Positions 18,010-27,415 of a DNA stretch of 64,000 nucleotides are shown piece by piece. Numbering within the stretch: position 1 is the stretch's first letter; every line of letters begins with the position of its first letter. The stretch is from a virus. Its lineage: Duplodnaviria > Caudoviricetes. A program made the translations under genes and the position numbers. The notes beneath the pieces are model-generated. The model saw only the letters and a list, made by a program, of their open reading frames with translations. It had not been told where the DNA came from and did no database searches. The stretch is taken from the IMG/VR virus record IMGVR_UViG_3300033066_000410, positions 1-64,000 of that record; one strand, given 5' to 3'.

Positions 18010-19637
18010 AATTCTTTTTTAAACTGAGCAAGCCCCATCTCGGGGAATATTTTGTGGTGCAATCTACTAAACATTTTTTTAGCTCCGTCAGGCCCGTAAT
18101 AGTAATTTTGATACGGAGAAATGCTATCGAGAGGGTAAAACACCAAAGGCTCACGCTTATTCGGCCCTTCCCTAAGTATTCGACCAACTGCCTGCTCTAT
18201 ATCTTTTTCAGGGTGTATAAAAATTAAAGTGTCCGCAGTATCTACGTCCATTCCTTCCTTGGCTATTTTATCTATACCGAGTATTATAGAGCAGTTTTCA
18301 AGAACATGCTTTTCATACTCATCTAAATCTGTAACGCCAAAAGTATTTTTTACATAGTCTCGCCAGTCCTTAGCTTTCTTAGAACAAATTACTCCGACTC
18401 CTTCAATTCCGGCTTCTAGTAACCGGTCACACAACGTGTAAAGAATTTCCTTACGTTTAGATAAAACTATAGGCTTTCTTCCGGTCTTGCTGCAAAGAAT
18501 AATTAACTCAAGTATAATGGCGTTCCTTTCCTCAATAGTTATTATAGCAGAATCAATCGCAGCCATAGAAATTCCAGCATACCTGTAAAGCCGGTCTCTT
18601 TCTTCGTAAACAGTAAACTCTTCTTTTGTGGTAGAATCTTGGCACTTAAATGCCCACTTCTCTTTAGGGTCTTTAAACTTTTTAGTAAGTATTACATCTC
18701 TTCGCTTATCCGTGTTATCCCGCCAATTCACTTCTTCATACTCAGATAGTTGCTTTAAAGGTGTGCAACGCTTATCTAACGTTCTATACTTTCTAAGGTC
18801 TATAGAAATACCTGTGCGTAAAGGAATAACCACGGCTTTTTTTCTTGGACGGTCTAACACTAAACTTTTACCACAGTGATATTTGAGCACTTCCTCTGTC
18901 CCGTCCTTACGCCGAAAAGTCGCGGTAAGAGATATACGAAACTTGGTGCAAGTTTTACTTAGTATAAGTGAATAGGTATCTGCACCTATTCTATGCACTT
19001 CATCAAATTCAGTTATACCAAACTGAGAAAAAAACTTTAGGTCAAAACGCTTATCACTCATCAAATCATACGTAGTAATAGTAAGGTCGTATAGTGTCTT
19101 TTTTGAATCGTCATACATTCCACAAGTCCAGTCAGGAAAAAATTCTTTCGCGCTATCAAACCATTGTGTAGCTAACTGGTGTGTAGGAACTATTATAAGC
19201 GCATTAGTCTGTAACATGTAAGCGGTATACAACCCTAAGATTGTTTTTCCATCCCCGCATTGAACTATGTAAGTTAGGTCTGTTTCCCCAGCGTTAATAC
19301 AATCCATTACATAGCCTTCTCCGTAAATGAATGGCTCTTGGTAGGGGCGCAGCTTAAAACTGTCAGAAATGCCCTTCTCTATCAATTTTCCGGTGCTTCT
19401 GTTGTCCTTATATTGTGGGTTTTTAAAGAACCTATCGGGAATGTTGCGGGGAAGAAAAATACTTTTTGTGCTTTCATCAATGTCGTAATAGTAGTTATAC
19501 TCCTTAACGTTTGCAAAGCGGGAACGTCTACGAGCTTCATTATACTCAGGGTTTTTAATACACAGCAAAGCAAGAAGACCTTTAACGTCCTTTATGTTAC
19601 TTGCTTCGACTCTTAGTAGCGCATCTAACTGATTCAT
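18000..19637 (-). CDS. superfamily 2 helicase (UvsW/XPB-like)
   Basis: Q motif LRPYQ, motif I QCGDGKT, DEVH, LTAT, EGMDV, QAVGRILR. Confidence 0.9.
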   Translation of the reverse strand: MNQLDALLRVEASNIKDVKGLLALLCIKNPEYNEARRRSRFANVKEYNYYYDIDESTKSIFLPRNIPDRFFKNPQYKDNRSTGKLIEKGISDSFKLRPYQEPFIYGEGYVMDCINAGETDLTYIVQCGDGKTILGLYTAYMLQTNALIIVPTHQLATQWFDSAKEFFPDWTCGMYDDSKKTLYDLTITTYDLMSDKRFDLKFFSQFGITEFDEVHRIGADTYSLILSKTCTKFRISLTATFRRKDGTEEVLKYHCGKSLVLDRPRKKAVVIPLRTGISIDLRKYRTLDKRCTPLKQLSEYEEVNWRDNTDKRRDVILTKKFKDPKEKWAFKCQDSTTKEEFTVYEERDRLYRYAGISMAAIDSAIITIEERNAIILELIILCSKTGRKPIVLSKRKEILYTLCDRLLEAGIEGVGVICSKKAKDWRDYVKNTFGVTDLDEYEKHVLENCSIILGIDKIAKEGMDVDTADTLIFIHPEKDIEQAVGRILREGPNKREPLVFYPLDSISPYQNYYYGPDGAKKMFSRLHHKIFPEMGLAQFKKEFCK

Positions 19638-19693
19638 CCCTCGTAGTTGTATTCTTCGGTGTAAAGATAATTATATGCTTCTTACTTAAAAAT

Positions 19694-19721
19694 AAAAAAG
19701 GTAGCCGTTTTAAAGCTACCT
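19694..19721 (-). terminator. rho-independent terminator after the tail operon
   Basis: AGGTAGC/GCTACCT stem followed by a T run on the minus strand. Confidence 0.65.
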
Positions 19722-19727
19722 GTATTT

Positions 19728-19854
19728 CCTCGCGCGTGCGCCCGCGCGTGTTTATTATTATAATATATAAATATTAATATCCTAATCTTAATGTATTTTA
19801 ATCTAATAATACTATAAGATATTTGCGGAAGGCCGGAAAACCGACCTCCGCTTT
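19728..19854. other. candidate replication origin (CGCGCG inverted repeat + AT-rich tract + hairpin)
   Basis: CGCGCGTGCGCCCGCGCG, about 75 nt of nearly pure A/T, then a GCGGAAGG...CCTCCGC hairpin, at the head of the replication module. Confidence 0.35.
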
Positions 19855-21417
19855 TTATAATTCATAAGTAACCATAATATAACCCCTATTGCCGGAAGGA
19901 GCCACATCAAATGTTACATTATCAAAAAGGCCGCCATCAGTTCTACACAGCCTTATAAGAGTTGGAGTTATTTGGTAAACGCTGCCTGAACTGTTGCCGG
20001 AAGTAACGTTAGCGGAGCACAGGTCAAACCACAAATCATCAGCGTCGTTACGAATAGTAACTGCTACCGAACGTATCTTTTTCCAATCCGAAAACCCGTG
20101 GGTAACATCAAATATTTGTGTGGCATTCATATCCCAATTACCTATAGTAAGTTTAGCTATAGCCAAAGTAGCTCCGACGGAAACGACTCTTTCATTAATA
20201 GCAGAGGATAAAACAGCATCAGCAGCTATATAAGCGGCAGTAACAGCAGCATCACCATTAGTTCTAGCTGTTGCTTCTGTAGAAATAGCTGTAGTTCTGT
20301 TTGAAACCTCAGACGCTATTAGGCCGGCGAGGTAGTTGTGGGCATTAATACCAACACCTGCAATTTGCCAAACAATAACTCCAGGTGCGACAGTTATGCC
20401 AAAAACAGTAATAGTCTCTCCATTATTGGAGTAGGCACTAGAACCTCCTACAAACTCTCCTCCTGCACCAAAAGCAACTGTATTAAGTTGTCCGGTGTAG
20501 TCTAGTGTTATGTAAAGAATACCATAATCTCTATAAGAGGAATGTGGAATAAAGCCCTTCAAAATATTATCTGAACCCATAGAAACGTAGTGATAGTTAC
20601 CGGCACCAAGAGTTGCTTTTTTGGTAGCCGTGTTCCATGTAGCTCCTGACAAGTTAGCTTTTATGTTTTGGGTATTCTCGAAGTAGTTAGGTTCAAAAAT
20701 TTTGGCATACCTTTTATCTTGAAAATTTAGCTTTTCAATAATACTCTTATTGCTCTGAAAGGTTCCATCATCATAAGCAGAACTACCCAAAAAGTTTAAG
20801 TCTTCGGGCGTATAGGTGTTGCTAAAGTATTCATAAACCAACTCAGAAGTAACGGGGTCTACTCTAGGAGTAACTGTTCCCAAAATACAAATAAAGTTAG
20901 ACTGAGAAGAGGGGTCTTCGGTTATCGTTATTGAAACGTTTTTATAATTAAGCACTTCGCAAGAAGGAACTAATGTCGGGTATTCAGAAGACTGTATACC
21001 GCACAAAGAAGGAGAAGTTCCAAAAGTTTCTGTAACCAAATCCGCAGTTAAAATAATGTAGTAGGCTTTAGGTAGGGGAAGCGGGGAGCCGGTAGGCGTG
21101 GTAAACGTATCAGTAAAGGTAGAAAATGTGGTAGCTAAAAGATTAAACCGAACACCTTTATAAGCCACATACCCATCTGAATATGACAAATCAAAAGAGT
21201 TAGTATCATCTCCGCCACTTGACTCATGCGTTATATTAGTTACAGAAATAACCACAGTAGATTCTACACCAAGTAATCGGCTAGACTCATCCATAGCATT
21301 ATGAATAACTTCCAACTCCTTGTTAAAGTCTATAGCGTTAAAGTAGGCGGGTCTGCCTTTAAAGATTACTCTTTTTATCTTTTGCGCCCAAGAAAACGGT
21401 TTCGCTGTAATAGCCAT
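19855..21417 (-). CDS. putative tail fibre / baseplate receptor-binding protein
   Basis: last gene of the baseplate operon; Thr/Ser/Gly-rich, short coiled coil, beta-rich C-terminal domain. Confidence 0.6.
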   Translation of the reverse strand: MAITAKPFSWAQKIKRVIFKGRPAYFNAIDFNKELEVIHNAMDESSRLLGVESTVVISVTNITHESSGGDDTNSFDLSYSDGYVAYKGVRFNLLATTFSTFTDTFTTPTGSPLPLPKAYYIILTADLVTETFGTSPSLCGIQSSEYPTLVPSCEVLNYKNVSITITEDPSSQSNFICILGTVTPRVDPVTSELVYEYFSNTYTPEDLNFLGSSAYDDGTFQSNKSIIEKLNFQDKRYAKIFEPNYFENTQNIKANLSGATWNTATKKATLGAGNYHYVSMGSDNILKGFIPHSSYRDYGILYITLDYTGQLNTVAFGAGGEFVGGSSAYSNNGETITVFGITVAPGVIVWQIAGVGINAHNYLAGLIASEVSNRTTAISTEATARTNGDAAVTAAYIAADAVLSSAINERVVSVGATLAIAKLTIGNWDMNATQIFDVTHGFSDWKKIRSVAVTIRNDADDLWFDLCSANVTSGNSSGSVYQITPTLIRLCRTDGGLFDNVTFDVAPSGNRGYIMVTYEL

Positions 21418-22046
21418 TATATGTAATTTACGTTTATAGTTGACGAATTAGAATCCACAAACCAAGAATACAAAGGAACCACTTTTTTTACAAAGTCTGT
21501 AAATACAGAAGAAGTGTCCTGAGAATCCTCAATAGTAATTGTTATTTCACTATAGTAATCTTCCCAAGAACCGTCTAGTAACGTAGGAATAAGTAGCGGG
21601 TCGGTTAGAGGAGATTGAGGGTCTAACTCATCCTCTAAATTCTGCCCATTAGGTAGTATACCGCCATCCAAGGTAAAAAAATGTATAAGCGGGTATGGAA
21701 TGTTATACTCAATAGTAACTGTTCCTTGAGATAAGCACTCAAGAAGTTTAATTAAGCCCCACTCAGTTCCTTTGCGGGAGAAAATAGAATACTTATTAAA
21801 GTATAGGCACTCTAAAGAAACTTTAGGTGTGCTAATCAAAAAGTCGCCACCAAACTCCAGTATAAACCTTCTTAGGTCTTCTATTTTGGCGTTGGTTAGA
21901 GGGTGGTAACTTTCCTCATAATTTTCTATCTCCGCGTTCCTAGCATCAACAACAGCATCTAAAACATTGCAAAGGCTTCGCAAGTTTGGGTTGTTCTCCA
22001 TAATACTAGGAGGTATGTGACCTGATATTTTTTTAAGCTCTCTCAT
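21417..22046 (-). CDS. baseplate wedge protein (P2 gpI-like)
   Basis: follows baseplate J; FSRKGTEWGL resembles the KGT motif of this family. Confidence 0.7.
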   Translation of the reverse strand: MRELKKISGHIPPSIMENNPNLRSLCNVLDAVVDARNAEIENYEESYHPLTNAKIEDLRRFILEFGGDFLISTPKVSLECLYFNKYSIFSRKGTEWGLIKLLECLSQGTVTIEYNIPYPLIHFFTLDGGILPNGQNLEDELDPQSPLTDPLLIPTLLDGSWEDYYSEITITIEDSQDTSSVFTDFVKKVVPLYSWFVDSNSSTINVNYI

Positions 22047-23563
22047 TATTGCCCTCCAATTATGTTTACAGTTACGCTACTGTTATCCCAATCTATAAGC
22101 TGAGTGTTTTCGACAACGATGTCTGCCGGTGAAGCAGGAGAACCGGTAACGTATAAAGTGGTAAAATCAACGTTTTGAGCACCTGCCACATTGCTTATAA
22201 TAAGACTAGCTAGCAAACTACGAACAACACCGGCCCCAAATTTTGCATAACGCTGAGCATCTAAGTAGTCCTGAACAACCTCATTTGCTACTGCCTGTGC
22301 GCCGGCGTTAGAAAATCCACTAAGTATATACACATCTATAACTGCCGTAATAGCAACGTAGCTAGCAGAAGAGACAAGCAGTGCTCTACCCATACCAAGT
22401 TTGCTGTGCGGAGTTAAAAAATAGTCCTCAACCTCTGCGCCTTGCGTTGGGCTAATATTCTGACTTCCTACAGGAACTACGAATAAGAAAGAGTAGTTGC
22501 TTATGTTTATGCTCTTAGCATTTTTAACCCACTGTAGCTCCTTGCAAATTGTCTCCACATCTTCGTCGCTAACGGCCCTGTTAAGGTTGCGCTGAAAACC
22601 TATTGCTCTTTGACGAAGAGTTTCTAATGGAAGAAGATTCGTTCCACCTAAAGCGTCCTCATTCTGAACAAATGAAACTATGCCTGTAGCTGTATTATCA
22701 GCCTTTAAAACGTTTAAGAAAGCGGAGGCTATATTCCCTATAGCACCTCCGCCGACTCTGTAAGTTAAAGTAAATGGTGTATTTAGAACAGGGTAAACAC
22801 CAAAGCCACCTTTAGGAAATATAACCTCTGCCTGACCAAGTTCGTTGTAAAAAACCATAAAGTGCTTAGTGTTCGCTGCGCCAAGAGCAAAGGTCTGCGT
22901 CTCCACAAAACTAGCATCTCCGTTAAGGTCAAGTTTAACAGATAACTCGCAAACATTTTCATCGGTAATAATTATAGAGCGACCATTAAAACTACCTGAA
23001 AGGCTCTTATACACTCCGTGGGAAAATGGAACCGCCAAGGTTTGATTGATGCCCGAAGACGGGATAGTAAACTCATCATTGGTAAATGTAAATAAGTCGT
23101 CGCTACCTTGTAAGCCTATAAGAATAGTTCCCCGAGGAACTGTTTCTCCCGAAGAAGTGGGCTGAAAAGTAACGTCAACGTCCATAACTGCCGACTTATT
23201 GCTAGGAGGTTTAAAGCCGTTGCTTGTAGCCTTATGCACCAAACTTCTATAAAGCTCTGCGGTAGTTCCAAAAGCCTCTTTAGAAAAGTGGTTTATATAA
23301 AACATATCCTTATCAGAAATAAGGGCAAAAAGTTCGACCAAAAATCTACCAAAATCCGATTTGCTTCGGTCAGTCCACTGAGGGAAGTAGGTGTCGGCCC
23401 ACCCACCGGCTTTGAAAACACTGTCTACTATAGAAGCAAAATCTACAGAAGTAAGCTGCCCAAGGTTAGGGTTAAGTATTGAGTCACCAATAACAATCAG
23501 CTTCGCCAACTCTTCGTTGGTATACCGGTTAAATGTTTGTAGTAGTTCCTGTCTTGTTGCCAT
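22046..23563 (-). CDS. baseplate wedge protein (P2 gpJ / T4 gp6-like)
   Basis: WTDRSKSDFG, YRVGGGAIGN, RAVSDEDVE. Confidence 0.88.
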   Translation of the reverse strand: MATRQELLQTFNRYTNEELAKLIVIGDSILNPNLGQLTSVDFASIVDSVFKAGGWADTYFPQWTDRSKSDFGRFLVELFALISDKDMFYINHFSKEAFGTTAELYRSLVHKATSNGFKPPSNKSAVMDVDVTFQPTSSGETVPRGTILIGLQGSDDLFTFTNDEFTIPSSGINQTLAVPFSHGVYKSLSGSFNGRSIIITDENVCELSVKLDLNGDASFVETQTFALGAANTKHFMVFYNELGQAEVIFPKGGFGVYPVLNTPFTLTYRVGGGAIGNIASAFLNVLKADNTATGIVSFVQNEDALGGTNLLPLETLRQRAIGFQRNLNRAVSDEDVETICKELQWVKNAKSINISNYSFLFVVPVGSQNISPTQGAEVEDYFLTPHSKLGMGRALLVSSASYVAITAVIDVYILSGFSNAGAQAVANEVVQDYLDAQRYAKFGAGVVRSLLASLIISNVAGAQNVDFTTLYVTGSPASPADIVVENTQLIDWDNSSVTVNIIGGQ

Positions 23564-23566
23564 CGG

Positions 23567-23965
23567 TTATAAAGCTCGGGTGAAACGAATAGTTTTTACT
23601 GTCTCCTGTTTATCAAGGGTGTAGCCGTAAGCTATATCCACATACAATTCTCTTCTTTTTGTTTGGTCTATCGGAAGGTCAACAGCCTTAACATTAGCAA
23701 AAGGAGCATATTTTTGTGCGCTCTCTAGGAACATAAGACGAGCAACGTTTTTGTATCGGGAAATAAAAGAAGTGTCCTTTTGATATAACCAGTAAAGGTT
23801 AGGAACAAAATCTTGGGTGAAAATTCTAAACCACCCCATAAAGTGAATAAGCATACGCATGTTGTCGTCCACTTTATCAGTGCCACCATACATATAAAGA
23901 CCTCCCTTGCTGTTAAGGGAGATATAGGTGCCAAGACCAACATTTCTTGTATTTACATATCCCAT
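23567..23965 (-). CDS. baseplate wedge subunit (gp25 / P2 gpW-like)
   Basis: 132 aa, located between spike and J. Confidence 0.65.
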   Translation of the reverse strand: MGYVNTRNVGLGTYISLNSKGGLYMYGGTDKVDDNMRMLIHFMGWFRIFTQDFVPNLYWLYQKDTSFISRYKNVARLMFLESAQKYAPFANVKAVDLPIDQTKRRELYVDIAYGYTLDKQETVKTIRFTRAL

Positions 23966-23975
23966 AGCGGCAAAT

Positions 23976-24788
23976 TTAATCTATTGTAACTATTTCACTC
24001 TTGATTTTTGGTATTAACTGGTTGATGGCGTTGACCTGGCTGTTGTAAGAAGCTACCATAGTTCCAAACGTTGTAAATCCGGTAGCTAGAGGGCTTAAAG
24101 GGGGACTAGCGGACGCGCTAGCCTGTGTGGTAGCCATAGTAGTCATAGCCGACATTAAGTTACTTTGTAGCTGCATTATAGCTTTAAGCACCTCTATTAG
24201 AATATCAGCATACGTAGCGGGGTGTGCGGAAGCATTTTCGCTACCTATGCTTATTTTACCTTGGTTGTTTACGTGAATAGTTTTACCATTTTCTGCGCTT
24301 ATTATTATGCCTTTGTTCTTTTGCAGAATAATCTTACCCCCTCCATGCGTAAACGTAAACTTCTCTTTATCAGTGTCGAACTTAAAGCTGAAATTCTCGC
24401 CTTTTAGCTCTATAAACTTCTTTTCGTCATTGAACTCAAAACTATACTGCTCAGTCTTAAAAATAGCTACGCTAGGGTAACCATCTGCATCGGGGTATTT
24501 TTTATCTAACGGGCACACGCCAATCCACGTAGGGTGAGAAGGGTTCCCATTCTCGAAAGTTACCCATAAAGAGACTTCATCTTTGTGCTTTTTAAGCCAT
24601 TTTTCGTTTGGAACGTAGAACCACCCAAAAGGCATACAAGGTTTGGCATAGGTTAGCTTTCCACCAATAGAAACCTCTATATAGGTTTTATCGTCAGAGT
24701 TAACCTTACCGGTAGCTTTTACCCTATAGCATCCGCCTAGCCGTTGGTCTTTAACTACGTCCCAAATAAGTTCTTCTAAATCGTCCAT
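23976..24788 (-). CDS. baseplate spike (gpV / gp5 OB-fold type)
   Basis: VKDQRLG...YAKPCMPFG..VP...VTFENGNPSHPTWIG followed by beta-repeats. Confidence 0.8.
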   Translation of the reverse strand: MDDLEELIWDVVKDQRLGGCYRVKATGKVNSDDKTYIEVSIGGKLTYAKPCMPFGWFYVPNEKWLKKHKDEVSLWVTFENGNPSHPTWIGVCPLDKKYPDADGYPSVAIFKTEQYSFEFNDEKKFIELKGENFSFKFDTDKEKFTFTHGGGKIILQKNKGIIISAENGKTIHVNNQGKISIGSENASAHPATYADILIEVLKAIMQLQSNLMSAMTTMATTQASASASPPLSPLATGFTTFGTMVASYNSQVNAINQLIPKIKSEIVTID

Positions 24789-24789
24789 T

Positions 24790-26319
24790 TTACTTTGTAA
24801 AAGTTAACTTCATCATAAATCCTTCTCGGCCCCAAGTATACACCTTTCTAAAAAGATAGTATTTAGCAGCATATTTGCCAAGACCCTCCAAAAAATAACT
24901 AACTCTTGTTTGAATATCGAGGTTACCGTAAGCGGTAACTGTTATATGAAAGCCGGCATCACGTTTTTTCTTTTTCTTACCATCATCGGCAGAAGCAGAT
25001 TCTTTTTCAGAGGAGCGATTTTCAACTTTATTGTCGTCAGGAGTTTTCCTGTCACAATACATTTTAACATCATCCCAATCCGCCTCTCCACGGTAAAATT
25101 TACCAAAAAACTCATTCATCTTTTCTCGTGGCATTTTTGAAACCTTAGTAGGATTAACCTCCCAAGCCGACTGGTCGTCTTCGGGGTCAACATTAGCCGT
25201 GGCTGATGCGTTGCCGGTAGTTGGAGAAGTGTTTCCGGTAGTCACACCATCTTTCTTAGGGTCGCCGGAAAGTTTAACTATCTCAATTTTAGCGGGGGTT
25301 GGGTCTCGGGCAGATAATTCCGTTATTGAAATCTTTTTAAAATAGCCTGAAACGTCTTCCCACGTAGCATTTCCTGATGAGGTAAGGAGTAGTAGCTCAT
25401 TCTGCTCTTCGTAGCTTAAACGCTCTAATTTCTCTTTATCGAGTATGTAGGTATTCCAGTCACCATTAGCATCCTGCTCCTGTTTTGTAAGCACATCGTT
25501 ACCTTCTTTGTCCTGAGAAACAGTTAAGTCAGTTTTAGCACCTCCTTTTAGCGGGTCAAGCTCTAAATCAACTTCAAGCATCTGTATTTGCTTGTCACTA
25601 GATTGCACCACTTTAAATTCATTTCCGACTCTAGCGGGAAAGAAAAAAGTATGGTCAGCAACCCTATTCACGCAACGAGCCTCATCGTCAACGTAAATAT
25701 AGACCTTACCATCTTTGAAAGTAAACCACATAATGCTACTAGTTTCTTTACAAAGATTAAGCATGAACCTATAATCGGTAATCTTGTGCTGCCTTTTTGG
25801 GCTTGTTGAAGTATACGTAATATCCTTTTTTGGAGAAATTCTACCGATTAAAAAACCACAATCTTTAGCCAAGTTGGTTATTATCTCTGTAGCGGTTATT
25901 TTATTCACCTTACCCCAGTCAAAAGGGCAGTTAGAAGAAGGAAAGAACCGGTCAGAAACTAAAAGAGCACTCATAACCCACTCATGCCCGTAGCATTCAA
26001 TAGAAAGAGTTATGTCTCCATTAGGTCTAAACAGGGGTTTGATTTGCTTAATAAAGCCGGCAAAAACTAACTCATTTCTGTCTAGGGTTCCTCCGATAAG
26101 GTCTACACGCATACCAAGAGTTAATACGTCCATCCACAAATAACCGTTGCGAAGATTAAAACTCAAAAGTCTTATTTTCTCGTCTTCATCAGAGTATATA
26201 ACATCATCAATTACATCTTCGGTAAGGTCTTGCTTTGCAATCTTACCGGTCTTTTTTCCGGTGCTGTCTTTCTCATCACTGGAAACTGTAATGTTGTAAT
26301 ATTGGTCTCTATAGCCCAT
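24790..26319 (-). CDS. baseplate hub (gp27 / late control D-like) with inserted repeats
   Basis: position; KRQHKITDYRFM; C-terminal GNLDIQT...LEGLGKYAAKYY. Confidence 0.75.
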   Translation of the reverse strand: MGYRDQYYNITVSSDEKDSTGKKTGKIAKQDLTEDVIDDVIYSDEDEKIRLLSFNLRNGYLWMDVLTLGMRVDLIGGTLDRNELVFAGFIKQIKPLFRPNGDITLSIECYGHEWVMSALLVSDRFFPSSNCPFDWGKVNKITATEIITNLAKDCGFLIGRISPKKDITYTSTSPKRQHKITDYRFMLNLCKETSSIMWFTFKDGKVYIYVDDEARCVNRVADHTFFFPARVGNEFKVVQSSDKQIQMLEVDLELDPLKGGAKTDLTVSQDKEGNDVLTKQEQDANGDWNTYILDKEKLERLSYEEQNELLLLTSSGNATWEDVSGYFKKISITELSARDPTPAKIEIVKLSGDPKKDGVTTGNTSPTTGNASATANVDPEDDQSAWEVNPTKVSKMPREKMNEFFGKFYRGEADWDDVKMYCDRKTPDDNKVENRSSEKESASADDGKKKKKRDAGFHITVTAYGNLDIQTRVSYFLEGLGKYAAKYYLFRKVYTWGREGFMMKLTFTK

Positions 26320-26606
26320 TATAAAATTTCAACTTTTGTGTATGAGTTCTCTACCACGGCTTCTGCTAAAATAATTGTGTCACCTATTTCGTATTCAAAC
26401 GGGTCTCTAGGTTTGTTCATGTCTGCAATTATCCACCAATACGAATCAGTCCCAAACAAACTCTCAGAAAGTGTGTAAGGGTTCTCATCGTAGTTAAGCC
26501 GGTAAGGATAGGTATTTACTGCAACAATATTATCCCTAAACTTAAAGTGTGGCCTACCACCTGAAAGTTTGGTTTTTATCTGATGCTCTGTAGAATAATA
26601 CATCAT
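26319..26606 (-). CDS. LysM / P2 gpX-like tail protein
   Basis: YTLSESLFGTDSYWWIIADMN...PF...G. Confidence 0.8.
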   Translation of the reverse strand: MMYYSTEHQIKTKLSGGRPHFKFRDNIVAVNTYPYRLNYDENPYTLSESLFGTDSYWWIIADMNKPRDPFEYEIGDTIILAEAVVENSYTKVEIL

Positions 26607-27415
26607 GTTCTTAGGTAGCTTGGTTGTTTGTAGTTCTTAGTTTGGTCAGATAAATTTTGACTGTATGCGGGTGTGGAAGTTTCCTGTAAAGTTCCACCTC
26701 TAACCCAAATAAAATCAAGAGTAGCTTCTAACCTTCTGCAAATTAGTTCAGAGTTGGGAGCACTTAATGTATAGTCTACATTATCAATATACCCTTCGCG
26801 CCAAATGTTCCCATAAAAAAACCGGCAGATAGGAGGAGCAACAAATTTTAGCTTAGGGTTTTTCTTATTATACTGAGAAATATTAGTATTAATATCCTGA
26901 GCGTTGCGAACTACAACGGACGAAGCTGTAGCACCTTTTTGTCTATTAAAATACAAAAGTCTCTCTAGGTCAGGCCCAACTCCAAACTTTTCATTCGCCG
27001 TAGTGTTTTGCTCGTAATGTGGGGAAACATTAAGGTCAGAAGGAACAAAGTTAAACTGTGTATCTCTTCCCTTAAAAGCCGCTTTCGTCTCTGCCAAGAT
27101 ACTTCTTATTCTTTGCTGAAAGCTAGGCATTAGCTGAAAAGCAGACTTTTTATTTTCCCATAAATCTAAGTGCTGATTAGAACCCCCCGATTCCGGCGTT
27201 CTATCAACAAAGATATTTAACGGAAAACTCTTTGGTCTACCGGAAACCCATAAAACGTCAGCCTCATCGGAACCAGTTAAAACTCGTTGGTTAAACTCCT
27301 GACTTTCTACAAATCGAAGAGTGTGTGGAGCAAACATGAATTGAAACATGTTCTCACCCTTCTCATCGCAGAAGTAGGCTATCTTTCTATTTGCCGGTAT
27401 TGATAATAGTTCCAT
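26603..27415 (-). CDS. tail tube initiator (CIS-tube / gp54-like)
   Basis: FQFMFAPHTL, APPICRFFYG, position after the tape measure gene. Confidence 0.7.
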   Translation of the reverse strand: MELLSIPANRKIAYFCDEKGENMFQFMFAPHTLRFVESQEFNQRVLTGSDEADVLWVSGRPKSFPLNIFVDRTPESGGSNQHLDLWENKKSAFQLMPSFQQRIRSILAETKAAFKGRDTQFNFVPSDLNVSPHYEQNTTANEKFGVGPDLERLLYFNRQKGATASSVVVRNAQDINTNISQYNKKNPKLKFVAPPICRFFYGNIWREGYIDNVDYTLSAPNSELICRRLEATLDFIWVRGGTLQETSTPAYSQNLSDQTKNYKQPSYLRT

